Shown here piece by piece: positions 34,742-44,394 of a stretch of 64,000 nucleotides of DNA. The stretch is from an uncultured Actinomycetes bacterium (GTDB lineage: Bacteria > Actinomycetota > Thermoleophilia > Gaiellales > JAICJC01), in assembly GCA_963825325.1 (NCBI GenBank), contig CAWGSU010000003.1, forward strand, positions 192,895 to 256,894, read 5' to 3'. The stretch's first letter is position 1, and every line of letters starts with the position of its first letter. The position numbers and the translations under genes were made by a program. The notes under the pieces are model-generated. The model worked only from the letters and a program-made list of their open reading frames with translations. It did not search any database and was not told the origin of the DNA.

Positions 34742-35453
34742 ATGGCGCATGCCCACACCGAGTCGATCGTGCAGCGCGGCCGATCCATCCCCGCGGGCCT
34801 GGCCGACCGCATCGGAGCGGGCTGCGGGTTGGCATTCGTCGCGCTGGCGAGCGCCTCTGCGGCGCTCGCGGGAACGCCGCCCGACTTCAACGCAGGTCCG
34901 GCACACGATCAGGTCATATCTCACCAGCAACACAGATCGGCTCGGAGCAAGCACCGCGCTCTTCGGGCTCGCGACCCTCGCGATCATCGGATTCTTCGCG
35001 CTCGTCCATCGCCGGATTCGCGTCGCCGAGAAGGAAGACGGCGTGCTCAGCGCCGCATTTGAGCTCGCCTCCGCGACCGTCGTCGTGGCCGCAGTCCTTG
35101 CGACTGTCATCCAGGCCGCGCTCGTCCAGCACATCAGCGCCACCGGCGACGGCTCCACGCTGCAGGCCGCCTACGTCATCTGGATGCTGGTCTTCCACAC
35201 CGCGCCGTCGATGGGAATGGCGGTCGCGCTTGTGTGCGCGGCCATCGCCGTCGTCCGGTTCTGTGCCTTCCCACGTTGGCTGGCGGTGCTCGCCCTCGCC
35301 TCGGCTGGGCTTTCGGTGGTCGACGACGCGGCCGACCTCACGACGTCGGGATCGAGCCTCGGCCCACTCGGCCTGGTTGCCTTCGTCCTGGCCCTCACCT
35401 GGATCGTCGGCACATCCTGCGTCGTGCTCCTCCGTCGATCGGACGAGGTGTAA
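34742..35453 (+). pseudogene. DUF4386-like membrane protein gene with a 1-nt frameshift
   Basis: The N-terminus MAHAHTESIVQRGRSIPAGLADRIGAGCGLAFVALASASAALAGTPPDFNAGPAH is in frame 2. The continuation IRSYLTSNTDRLGASTALFGLATLAIIGFF... is in frame 3 and runs to 35453. The switch is near 34890-34908. Length 712 = 3n+1. Confidence 0.65.
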
Positions 35454-35501
35454 GCACCGCTTGTCCGACACGGCTCCGGGCGCCGCATAGAATCGGCCGG
35501 G

Positions 35502-37127
35502 ATGGCAGCTCGGGCCGATCACCAGCCGGTGCGCCTGGCCGAACTGGTGGCCGCCCTCTCTCTGGGCATCGATCTCGGGTTCGGCCAGCCGATGGAGCAT
35601 GTCCTGCGGCAGTGCCTGATCGCGCTGCGGGTGGCCGAGCGGATCGGGCTGGACGAGTCCGACCGGGCCGTCGTCTACTACACGGCCCTGATGGTCAGCG
35701 TCGGGTGTCACACCGACGCCCACGAGCAGGCCAAGTGGTTCGGCGACGACATCGCCTTGAAGTCGCTCAAGTACGACCCTGGCCCCGGCCCTCGGGCAGC
35801 CGCGGCCAGCATGCGCATGCTCGGCTCCGGCTCCTCGCCCCTGCACCGCTTCCGCGTCGGTCTCGAGTTTGCGCTGTCCGGCCGCCGCGAGGTGGACGGC
35901 ATGATCCGAAACCATGCTGCCCTCGCCGTCTCGATGGCCGAGCAGCTCGGGCTGGCCGACGCCGTACAGGAGGCGGTCGGGTGCGCGTACGAGCAATGGG
36001 ACGGGCGCGGCTGGCCCGGCGAGCGAGCCGGGACAGACGTCCCACTGGCGGCGCGCCTCACCGGCCTCGCCGACTTCGTCGAGGTGGCCCACCGCATGGG
36101 CGGACTCGACGCCGCGCGGCAGCTGGCGCGCCGCCGCAGCGGAGGGCAGTTCGACCCGGCGCTGGCCGCGGTGATCTGCGACGAGGGCGACATGATCCTT
36201 GCGGGGCTCGACGCCGTCGGCACATGGGACGCGGTGATCGACGCCGAGCCGGCGCTCGCGGTGGCGCTGAACTCCGACCAGTTCGAAGGGGCGCTACGGG
36301 CGGTCGCGAACTTCGTCGACCTCAAGTCGCCCTACAGCCTGGGACACGCCGGCGCGGTGGCCGACCTTGCCGCCGACGCCGGGCGGCGCCAGGGTCTCTC
36401 CGAGCACGAGGTCGCCGTGGTCCGGCGCGCGGGGCTGGTGCACGGCCTCGGCCGGCTGGGCATCTCCAACGCGATCTGGGACAAGCCCGGGGCGCTCGGC
36501 GCCGGCGAGTGGGAGCGGGTGCGCACGCACCCGTATCTCACCGAGCGGATGCTGCACCAGTCGCAGTCGCTTCAGCCGCTCGGAGCGATTGCCGTGCAGC
36601 TGCGGGAGCGGCTGGACGGCTCGGGCTACCCGCGCGGCCTCTCCGGCACCGCCATCTCGCGGCCGGCGCGGCTGCTGGGCGCCGCCGACGCCTACCAGGC
36701 GATGCGCGAGCCGCGCCCGTACCGGCCGCCGCTGCCCCCCGATCTGGCGGCTGCAGAGCTGCGCGGCGAGGTGCGAGCCGGCCGGCTCGACCCCGACGCG
36801 GTCGAGACCGTGCTGGCTGCGGCCGGCCACCGGATCGCCGGCCGTCGCAGCGGGCCGGCCGGACTCACGCCGCGCGAGATCGAGGTGCTGCGGCTGCTCG
36901 CGCGCGGCCTCTCCAACAAGCAGATCGCCGCGCAGCTCGTGGTCACACCCAAGACCGTGGGCAACCACGCCGAGCACATCTACGCCAAGATCGGCGCTCG
37001 GAACCGCGCCGCGGCGGGCCTCTATGCGATGCAGCACGGACTGCTTCCGGAGGAGCAACCCGCGCCTGACGCCGACGGCGAGAAGATGAGGCAAACGCCT
37101 CATGCCGCCCGGGTCGCCGATTCCTAG
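35502..37127 (+). CDS. HD/HD-GYP-like domain protein fused to a LuxR-type HTH
   Basis: 541 aa. The second domain aligns to HD-GYP but reads LVHGLGRLGIS and QLRERLDGSGYPRGL. C-terminal LTPREIEVLRLLARGLSNKQIAAQLVVTPKTVGNHAEHIYAKIG. Confidence 0.88.
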   Translation: MAARADHQPVRLAELVAALSLGIDLGFGQPMEHVLRQCLIALRVAERIGLDESDRAVVYYTALMVSVGCHTDAHEQAKWFGDDIALKSLKYDPGPGPRAAAASMRMLGSGSSPLHRFRVGLEFALSGRREVDGMIRNHAALAVSMAEQLGLADAVQEAVGCAYEQWDGRGWPGERAGTDVPLAARLTGLADFVEVAHRMGGLDAARQLARRRSGGQFDPALAAVICDEGDMILAGLDAVGTWDAVIDAEPALAVALNSDQFEGALRAVANFVDLKSPYSLGHAGAVADLAADAGRRQGLSEHEVAVVRRAGLVHGLGRLGISNAIWDKPGALGAGEWERVRTHPYLTERMLHQSQSLQPLGAIAVQLRERLDGSGYPRGLSGTAISRPARLLGAADAYQAMREPRPYRPPLPPDLAAAELRGEVRAGRLDPDAVETVLAAAGHRIAGRRSGPAGLTPREIEVLRLLARGLSNKQIAAQLVVTPKTVGNHAEHIYAKIGARNRAAAGLYAMQHGLLPEEQPAPDADGEKMRQTPHAARVADS

Positions 37128-37159
37128 ACTGGGTTTCAGTCCAGCCAAAGGAGAGCGAG

Positions 37160-37549
37160 ATGCTGAAGGTGTCACGGCAGAGCGCGGAACACGTCGAGGA
37201 GCACGGCCCGGTCGAGGACCGCCACCAGGACGGCGACGGCTACACCATCAACTTCCTCAGGTTCGGGGCGGACGTCGACGGGTCACCGCTGCTCAAAGGG
37301 CTACCCGGCGACCAGTGCCAGTGCCCGCACTGGGGCTACGTGATCGCGGGCAGGATGACCTACACGGCTGACGGCGCCGAGCACGTCGTCGAGGCGGGAG
37401 ACGCCTTCTACCTGCCGCCCGGGCACAGCCCGGCGGCCGAGGCCGGCACCGAGTTCGTTCAGTTCAGCCCGACCGAGCCGCTGAACGAGGTGGCGCGCCA
37501 CATGACCGCGAACGCCCAGCGCCTGATGGGCGCGAACGCCCCCGAGTAA
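37160..37549 (+). CDS. cupin domain protein
   Basis: 129 aa with CPHWGYVIAGRMTY and GDAFYLPPGH. Confidence 0.85.
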   Translation: MLKVSRQSAEHVEEHGPVEDRHQDGDGYTINFLRFGADVDGSPLLKGLPGDQCQCPHWGYVIAGRMTYTADGAEHVVEAGDAFYLPPGHSPAAEAGTEFVQFSPTEPLNEVARHMTANAQRLMGANAPE

Positions 37550-37573
37550 CCCGCGGGCCTATGTTTCCGCGGA

Positions 37574-38614
37574 GTGCCCACCTCCGCGAAGACATTCGGT
37601 CGCAAGGCCGTCGGGCCGGTGGTCGGCGTTGCGATCGTCGTCGGGATCTTCGCGGCGGTCATCCCGAGCTTCGCCGACTACCGGACGGTGTGGCACGCGA
37701 TGACGAACCTGCACCGGGGCGACTGGGCGCTCATCACCGTCTGCATCGTCCTCAATCTGGCCACGGGCGGCGTGCCGTGGATGGCGGCCGTCCCCGGGCT
37801 CTCGTTCAAGCGGGCGACGCTCCTGACGCAGACCTCGACGCTCGTGACGACGGTGCTGCCGATGGGGGAGGCGATCGGGTTCGCGACCCAGATCGCGATG
37901 CTGCGCAAGTGGCGCTTCACGCCGCATGCGGTCTCGGCCGGCTTCGTGCTCGTCGCCGTGTGGAACCAGGGGATCACGATCCTCATCCCGGTCGGCGCGA
38001 TCGCCGTGATCGGCGCCGGCCACGCGAATCCGCTGTATCTGATCGTGAGCGTGATCGCAGCCGTGGTGCTCGTCGTGGTCATCGCCACGGCCGTGGTGGC
38101 GTTTCGCCGCCCCGAGCAGGCCATGCGGATCGGCGACTGGTGCGGGCGCGTCGCATCGCGGGCGCTGGCCGTGATCCACCGGCCGCCGCGGGTCGGGTGG
38201 GGCGAGCGGCTCGTCACCATGCGGTCGGAGACGATCGACGTCGCATCGCGGCGCTGGCCGCTGCTCACCGTCGCCACGATCGCGAACCAGATCACGGTCT
38301 TCGGCGTCTTCCTGGCCTGCATCTACGCGACGGGGGTGACCGGCATCTCGTTCTTCGAGGCGCTCGCAGCCTGGGCGTTCGCGCGGCTCATCGGCTCGAC
38401 CGCGATCACCCCCGGCGGCCTCGGCCTGCAGGAGCTCGGCCTGACCGGCGCCCTCGTCGCCTTCGGCGGGAACACCGACCAGGTCGTCGCCGCTGCGCTG
38501 CTCTTCCGCGTGCTCACCTTCGTGCCCACGGTGGTCGTCGGCTCGATCTGCGCGCTGATCTGGCGGCGCGAGGAGCGCCGCGACGCGGCCGCGGCGGATG
38601 CGCAGCCGGCCTGA
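37574..38614 (+). CDS. flippase-like (lysylphosphatidylglycerol-synthase TM region, UPF0104) membrane protein
   Basis: 346 aa, polytopic, with LNLATGGVPWMAAV and GGLGLQELGLTGALV patterns. Confidence 0.8.
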   Translation: MPTSAKTFGRKAVGPVVGVAIVVGIFAAVIPSFADYRTVWHAMTNLHRGDWALITVCIVLNLATGGVPWMAAVPGLSFKRATLLTQTSTLVTTVLPMGEAIGFATQIAMLRKWRFTPHAVSAGFVLVAVWNQGITILIPVGAIAVIGAGHANPLYLIVSVIAAVVLVVVIATAVVAFRRPEQAMRIGDWCGRVASRALAVIHRPPRVGWGERLVTMRSETIDVASRRWPLLTVATIANQITVFGVFLACIYATGVTGISFFEALAAWAFARLIGSTAITPGGLGLQELGLTGALVAFGGNTDQVVAAALLFRVLTFVPTVVVGSICALIWRREERRDAAAADAQPA

Positions 38615-38659
38615 AGGAGCCGTCCGCCGTCTTTGTGATGTGCGAAACTCGGCACGCCA

Positions 38660-39586
38660 ATGATCGACTGGCTCGAGCAGCTCTGGGACACCCTCACCGC
38701 CGTCTCGGTGCCGTTGCTCATCCTCGCCCTGTCGCTGCAGACGTCGCAGACGGTGCTGGTCGGGCTGGCCTGGCGCAACATCCTGCGCTCGGCGTATCCC
38801 GAGGGCGATGTGCGCTTCCGGCCGATCCTCGGCTACTACGCGGGCGGCGTCGGCTTGAACGCGATCCTGCCCGCCTCGGCGGGAACGGTGGCGATGCTCG
38901 GCCTCTTCCGGGCCTCGATCCCCGGCTCGACGGTTGCGGGCGTCGTGGGCGCGACGGTCGTGCAGAACATCTTCTTCGGGATCATGGCGGCGTTCGTCTA
39001 CCTGTGGCTCTTCCTCAGCGCGGCCGGCTCGTTCGACGTGAAGCTGGGCTGGTTCGACGAGCACGCGGTGGCGTCGATCATCGTCGTCGTTGCGGGCACC
39101 CTCCTGATCACGATGGTCGTGAAGATCCTGTGGCGCAGGTTCAAGACGACCTGGGAGAACGCGAAGGAGGGCGGGACGATCGTCCGCCAGCCGCGCGCGT
39201 TCCTGACCCAGGTCGTGGCCGTCGAGGCGCTCTCCTACGTCGCGCGGATGGGCGTGAACGCCACCTACATGTACGCGTTCGACATCCCCGTGTCGGTCAC
39301 GAACATCTTCCTGATCGTCGCGGCGTCGTCGATCTCCTCGACGGTGGCGATCGCGCCCGGCGCCGTCGGCACCCAGACGGCGCTCGCGCAGGTCGTGCTG
39401 GCGCCGGTCGCGTCCCCGGCGGCGATCACGACCTACTCGGTCGGCCAGGCGATCGTCACGACCGCGTGGAGCGCGTTTTTCGGCCTGACGATGCTCGCCC
39501 GCACGATCGGGTGGAAGGACACACGCAAGCTGATCCACTTCCGCAAGCAGAAGGACGAGGAAGCCGCGCCGGCGACCGAGGGGTGA
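38660..39586 (+). CDS. flippase-like (UPF0104) membrane protein, second paralog
   Basis: 308 aa, polytopic, with LGYYAGGVGLNAILPASAGTV and IAPGAVGTQTAL. Confidence 0.8.
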   Translation: MIDWLEQLWDTLTAVSVPLLILALSLQTSQTVLVGLAWRNILRSAYPEGDVRFRPILGYYAGGVGLNAILPASAGTVAMLGLFRASIPGSTVAGVVGATVVQNIFFGIMAAFVYLWLFLSAAGSFDVKLGWFDEHAVASIIVVVAGTLLITMVVKILWRRFKTTWENAKEGGTIVRQPRAFLTQVVAVEALSYVARMGVNATYMYAFDIPVSVTNIFLIVAASSISSTVAIAPGAVGTQTALAQVVLAPVASPAAITTYSVGQAIVTTAWSAFFGLTMLARTIGWKDTRKLIHFRKQKDEEAAPATEG

Positions 39587-39592
39587 CCCGCC

Positions 39593-41302
39593 TCAGCGGC
39601 CCTTCGGGCAGGGCTCGAAGAGCGCCCCGTCGAGGTTGTCGCTCAGCCTCATCGCCGAGAAGCCGTTCAGGCCGGCGTAGACGCTGCGGCAGTAGGCGGC
39701 GTAGCTGTGCCGGCCGGTGCACGCCTGCCCCGGACGGCAGACGAATCCATCCTGCCGGTACTCGGTCTCGCCGACCCACTTGCCGGTCGGCTGCCTGGCG
39801 GTGCGATCGGCGCTGAAGTCGTCCCAGCCGCACGGGGTCGCCCCGGCCAGGCCGGAGCAGGTGATCCCGTAGGCGCTCGTACCGCGGAGCTGCGCCGAGA
39901 AGCATTGCGAGAAGACGTAGCACTCCTCGACCACCGCGCCGTCCGCGTAGCCGCGACCCCACCAGCTGAGCAGAGGCGAGTTCTTCCACAGCACCGTCAT
40001 CCCGTGCCGGTGGACGGCGTTGTCGGCGAAGGCGAGGAAGTTCTGCCAGTCGCCCGGCGTCAGGTGGAACCCCGAGGTCGACGGCGGGTCGAAGCTGTCG
40101 ATGTCGTCGAACTCGACGGCGTCGAAGCCCTTGGCCGCGCACATGCGGATGCGCGACTCGAGCATCGGCACGAGCGCGTGCAGCGCGCGCACGTCGATCC
40201 AGCGCTCCTGCGGGAACCCGAAGTAGACGTTGCCGAGCGTCCGCGCCGGGAAGGCGCCGCCGCCGGGACTCGCGTCGGGCCGGTAGTCCTCCCACGCCAG
40301 GTCGATGTAGCAGAACGTGCGTGGGTGGGGCAGCGTCGCCGCCTGCCACGAGGTGTGGACCGCGCGCACCTCGGCGGCCGTCGTCAGGAAGCCGTCGATG
40401 TCGTAGATGTCGACGGCGCGCGCGCCGGTGCGCTCGAGCGGCGCCACCCGGCCGATCTGCCAGTCCCACCGCATCGGGTGGCCGGTGCGGTCGAGGTGGG
40501 GCGGATACCAGCACGCCTGCCTCGGCCGGGCGATGCACGCCCGCGGCGCCGGCAGCGGCACCACCCGCCAGCGGAACGACCGCGTCGTCGCGCCGGCGGC
40601 GTTTGCGACGCGCACCTGGACACGGTGTCGTCCGAGGGCGAGCCGGCCGGTCGCAAAGACGCCGCCTGCGGGAAGCGCCGCCCACGGGCGGCCGTCGAGG
40701 CGGAAGCGGGCGACGGGCGTGCCGTCGGCCGGGTTGAAGTGCGGGGCGGCGACCTGGAACCGCTCGCTGTCGGAACCGGTGCGGCGCTCGGGCAGGCCGT
40801 TCATGAACGCCGTCGCGGGCGCGCGCCCGGCCGGATAGGCCGCGACAGCCCGCAGGGTGGTGCGGGTGCGCGACGCGCGCAGGACGTGGAACGTGAACGT
40901 CGCCGGGTCGGTCTCGATCACCTCGGCCGCCGTCTCGGTCACGCGCAGGTAGCGGCCGGTGTCGGCGTGGCCGGCGACGTAGCGGCGGGCGGCAAACGGC
41001 GTCGCCGTGGTGTCGGCCGCGCGTGTGCACGGGCCGGCCGGCGCGGTGCACGCCTGCCAGGTGGTCGCGACCTCGAAGCTCAGGAGCCGCGCGCCGCGTG
41101 GCAGCGGCGCCACCCGCCAGTGCAGGCCGCGCGCGGCGACGGTGCCGCCGTCGCGCAGGTTGCCGGTGACCCGCAGCACGCCGCTTGCGACCGGCGGCGC
41201 GATCCGCGCTGCCGCCGCATGTGCGGTCGCGGCGGCGGTGCCGCCCGCCGTCGCGGGCACCGCGGCCAGGAGCGCGAGTGCGGCAAGGCCGGCGCGCCTC
41301 AT
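39593..41302 (-). CDS. secreted GH114-family endo-alpha-1,4-polygalactosaminidase-like protein with an N-terminal beta-rich region
   Basis: ATG at 41302 (RBS GGAGGG, ATGA overlap with the upstream stop). Signal MRRAGLAALALLAAVPATAGG. GH114 pattern WDWQIG...VDIYDIDGF...FCYIDLAWEDYRPD...ERWIDVR...KGFDAVEFDDIDS...VLWKN. Confidence 0.8.
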   Translation of the reverse strand: MRRAGLAALALLAAVPATAGGTAAATAHAAAARIAPPVASGVLRVTGNLRDGGTVAARGLHWRVAPLPRGARLLSFEVATTWQACTAPAGPCTRAADTTATPFAARRYVAGHADTGRYLRVTETAAEVIETDPATFTFHVLRASRTRTTLRAVAAYPAGRAPATAFMNGLPERRTGSDSERFQVAAPHFNPADGTPVARFRLDGRPWAALPAGGVFATGRLALGRHRVQVRVANAAGATTRSFRWRVVPLPAPRACIARPRQACWYPPHLDRTGHPMRWDWQIGRVAPLERTGARAVDIYDIDGFLTTAAEVRAVHTSWQAATLPHPRTFCYIDLAWEDYRPDASPGGGAFPARTLGNVYFGFPQERWIDVRALHALVPMLESRIRMCAAKGFDAVEFDDIDSFDPPSTSGFHLTPGDWQNFLAFADNAVHRHGMTVLWKNSPLLSWWGRGYADGAVVEECYVFSQCFSAQLRGTSAYGITCSGLAGATPCGWDDFSADRTARQPTGKWVGETEYRQDGFVCRPGQACTGRHSYAAYCRSVYAGLNGFSAMRLSDNLDGALFEPCPKGR

Positions 41303-42588
41303 CGGATGCCCTCCGGCAGCGCGTCGCCGTGGGCGGCGATCATCGCGTCCACCATGACCGCGATGGCCTCGGGCGAGAGCGTGCCCGCCGCATTCGGGTC
41401 GAGCAGCGCGGCGTGGTGGACGTGCTCGCGGCTGCCCTCGAGCGCGGCCCGCACGGTCAGCTCGCACACGTTCAGGAAGGTGCGGTTGAGCGCGGCCAGC
41501 TGCGGCGGCAGCGCCCCGACGACGGTCGGCTGCACGCCGTTTCCATCGACGAGGCACGGCACCTCAACGCACGCGCCCTCGGGCAGGTTCGTGATCAGCC
41601 CGCTGTTGCGCACGTTTCCGTAGATCACGCGCGGCTCGCCCGTCACCATCGAGTGCACGATCAGCGAGGCGTACTCGAGGCTGCGCTCGATCTCGAGCTC
41701 GTCGCCCTCGGCGAGCGCCCGCCGCTGCTCCTCGTACAGCTCCAGGTTCTCCTCGCTGCGGCGCACGTACTCGTCGACCGGCACCCGGAACTGCTCGATC
41801 ATCCCGTCGTCGCGCATGAACCACGGCACGTATTCGGCCGAGTGCTCGCTCGACTCCGTCGGGAAGTACCCGAACCGGCGGTAGAGCTCGACGCGCACGC
41901 GCCGGCGCAGACCGGGATCGCGCGCGATCGCCTCGTCGAGCAGCGGATACAGGTCGGCGCCGTCGCGCTCGAAGCGCAGGATCCAGGCCTGGTGGTTCAC
42001 GCCCGCGCCGAGGTAGTCGACCTCCTCGTAGGGAACGCCGACGAGCTCGGCGAGGCCGCGGGTCGTCCACTGCACCGAGTGGCACAGCCCGACGACCTTC
42101 TGGATCGGGCTGCCGGCGTAGGTCGCCCAGCACAGCATCGCCATCGGGTTCGTGTAGTTCAGGAGCCACGCGTCGGGGCACACCTCGGCCATGTCGCGCG
42201 CGATCGCGAGCATCACCGGGATCGTGCGCAGCGAGCGGAAGATGCCGCCGATCCCGAGCGTGTCGCCGATCGTCTGGCGCAGGCCGTGCTGCTTCGGCAC
42301 CTCGAAGTCGATCAGGGTCGCGGCGTGGCCGCCGACCTGGATCATGTTGACCACGTGGTCGCAGCCTGCCAGGGCCGCGCGCCGGTCGAGGTGGGCCTCG
42401 AAGGTGGCGCGGGCGCCGACCGCGGTGTTCGTCCACCGCGCCATCGCCTCGGCGGTGGCCAGGCGCTCGGCGTCGATGTCGTGCAGGGCGATGGTGGAGT
42501 CGGCGAGCTCGGGGAAGCTGAGCAGGTCGCCGAGCAGGTTGCGGGTGAACTCGACGCTGCCGGCGCCGACGAATGCGATGCGTGTCAT
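41299..42588 (-). CDS. GH4-family NAD-dependent glycosidase (alpha-galactosidase/alpha-glucosidase-like)
   Basis: ATG at 42588. Product MTRIAFVGAGSVEFTRNLL...NYTNPMAMLCWA...CHSVQ. Confidence 0.88.
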   Translation of the reverse strand: MTRIAFVGAGSVEFTRNLLGDLLSFPELADSTIALHDIDAERLATAEAMARWTNTAVGARATFEAHLDRRAALAGCDHVVNMIQVGGHAATLIDFEVPKQHGLRQTIGDTLGIGGIFRSLRTIPVMLAIARDMAEVCPDAWLLNYTNPMAMLCWATYAGSPIQKVVGLCHSVQWTTRGLAELVGVPYEEVDYLGAGVNHQAWILRFERDGADLYPLLDEAIARDPGLRRRVRVELYRRFGYFPTESSEHSAEYVPWFMRDDGMIEQFRVPVDEYVRRSEENLELYEEQRRALAEGDELEIERSLEYASLIVHSMVTGEPRVIYGNVRNSGLITNLPEGACVEVPCLVDGNGVQPTVVGALPPQLAALNRTFLNVCELTVRAALEGSREHVHHAALLDPNAAGTLSPEAIAVMVDAMIAAHGDALPEGIR

Positions 42589-42626
42589 GAGCGAAAGTGT
42601 TTCATATCTGATAGAAACGATCAAGA

Positions 42627-43493
42627 ATGTTCACCACCGCCGAGCAACGGGCGCTCGATCAGCTCACCACTGCCGAAGGGCGTTTGGCCGTCCTCGCGGC
42701 CGATCAGCGCACCAAGCTCGTGGCCGCGCGCGAGGCTGCGGCGCTCCCCGCCGACCTGGGCGTCCTGCGCGAGTTCAAGCTCGACCTCGTGCGTGCGCTC
42801 GCCGCCGACGCGCCGGCCGTGCTGCTCGATCCCGAGATCGCGCTCCCCCACGTGCTCGACGAGCGCGCGTTCCCGGGCCGCAGCGGCCTGCTCGTCTCGC
42901 TCGAGCGAAGCGGTGCGGTGCGCACGCCGGAGGGGCTGCGCCGGGCCGTGCTGCTGCCCGACGTCGGCGCCGCAGGGGTGCGCCGTCTGGGCGGGACGGG
43001 GGCGAAGCTGCTCGTGCGCCTGCGCGCCGACCGTGAGGACGCAGACGGCGAGAACGGGCGCGTGATCCGAGCGGCGGCCGCCGACTGTGCCGCGCACGAC
43101 CTGCTGCTGGTCGTCGAGGTGCTGGTCTACCGCCTGGACGATGAGGACGAGAGCGCCTTCCGCGCCCGCCGCGCCGAGCTGATCCGCGACGGGGCGCAGC
43201 TCGCGCTCGCCTGTGGTACGCGCTACCTGAAGCTCGAGTACCCCGGCAGCGGCGCGGCCTGCGCCGGGCTGACGACGGCGCTGGACGCGCCCTGGGCGCT
43301 GCTCTCGGCGGGCGTCGACCACGAGACGTTCATCGGCCAGCTGCGCGAGGCCCTGGCCGGCGGCGCCGCCGGCTTCATCGCCGGCCGCTCGATCTGGAAG
43401 GAGTCCGTCACGATGGACGCCGAGGCGCGGCGCGCGTTCCTGGGTGGCGAGGCGAAGCGGCGGCTCGCCGAGCTGCTCGCGCTCGTAGGCTAG
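42627..43493 (+). CDS. class I tagatose-1,6-bisphosphate aldolase-like (LacD/DeoC family)
   Basis: 288 aa with LAADQRTKL, GAKLLVRLRAD, YLKLEYPGS and FIAGRSIWKE. Confidence 0.75.
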   Translation: MFTTAEQRALDQLTTAEGRLAVLAADQRTKLVAAREAAALPADLGVLREFKLDLVRALAADAPAVLLDPEIALPHVLDERAFPGRSGLLVSLERSGAVRTPEGLRRAVLLPDVGAAGVRRLGGTGAKLLVRLRADREDADGENGRVIRAAAADCAAHDLLLVVEVLVYRLDDEDESAFRARRAELIRDGAQLALACGTRYLKLEYPGSGAACAGLTTALDAPWALLSAGVDHETFIGQLREALAGGAAGFIAGRSIWKESVTMDAEARRAFLGGEAKRRLAELLALVG

Positions 43494-43497
43494 GCAG

Positions 43498-44394
43498 ATG
43501 CCTGACGGCGCCCTGTTCGACCTGCTGGTGGTGGGGGACTGCAACCCGGATCTGCTGCTCTGCGGCGGCGACGTCGTGCCGGAGTTCGGGCAGCGCGAGA
43601 AGCTCGTCGAGACGGGCGCGCTCGTGATCGGCGGCTCGGCGGCCATCGCCGCCTGCGGAGCGGCCCGCCTCGGCCTGCGCACCGCGTTCGTGGGCGTCGT
43701 CGGCGACGATCTGCTCGGCAGGTTCATGCTCGACGCGCTCGCCGCGCGCGGCGTCGACGTCTCGGGCTGCGTCACCGACCCGGCGCTCGCCACGGGCATC
43801 ACGGTGGCGCTCGTGCGCGGCGACGACCGGGCGATCCTGACCGCGCCCGGCGCGATCCCGGCCCTGACGGCCGACCAGGTCGACGCCGGCCTGCTGCGCT
43901 CGGCCCGGCACCTGCACATCGCGAGCTACCACCTGCTCGACGGCCTGCGGCCGGGCCTGCCCGGGCTCGTCGCCGCCGCCCACGCCGCCCGGGTGACGGT
44001 GTCGCTCGATCCGCAGGGCGACCCCGGCGGCGGCGACCCGGCCGCGCTCGCCCGGCTCGCCCACGAGGTCGACGTCCTGTTCGTGAACGAGCAGGAGGAC
44101 GCCGGTCTCGACACCCGTGGCTGCCCGCTGGTCGTCGTCAAGCGCGGCGCGAACGGCGCGCTGGCGCGCTGGGCCACAGGAGTCGTGGAGCAGGCGGCGA
44201 TCCCGGTGCGCGCCGTCGACGCGACCGGCGCCGGCGACAGCTTCGACGCCGGCTTCCTGTCGGCGTGGCTCGGCGGCCAGCCGCTCACCGCGGCGCTCGC
44301 GCTCGGGTGCGCGTGCGGGGCGCTCTCGACGCTCGCGCTCGGGGGCACCGCGGCGCAGCCCACGCTCGCCGCGGCCCGGGCGGCGCTTTCGTGA
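43498..44394 (+). CDS. PfkB-family carbohydrate kinase
   Basis: 298 aa with DLLVVGDCNPDL and the anion-hole motif VDATGAGDSFDAGFL. Confidence 0.85.
   Translation: MPDGALFDLLVVGDCNPDLLLCGGDVVPEFGQREKLVETGALVIGGSAAIAACGAARLGLRTAFVGVVGDDLLGRFMLDALAARGVDVSGCVTDPALATGITVALVRGDDRAILTAPGAIPALTADQVDAGLLRSARHLHIASYHLLDGLRPGLPGLVAAAHAARVTVSLDPQGDPGGGDPAALARLAHEVDVLFVNEQEDAGLDTRGCPLVVVKRGANGALARWATGVVEQAAIPVRAVDATGAGDSFDAGFLSAWLGGQPLTAALALGCACGALSTLALGGTAAQPTLAAARAALS

Noticed and set aside
35234-37069. Very long ORFs such as 35234..37069 (+), 37559..39538 (-), 37561..39816 (+), 5050..6786 (+), 6375..7562 (-), 39456..41051 (-) and 31683..33251 (-)
   Set aside because: Their translations are dominated by R, P, G and A runs with no recognisable motifs. 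They overlap well-supported genes in other frames or on the other strand. These are the shadow ORFs typical of roughly 70% GC DNA.
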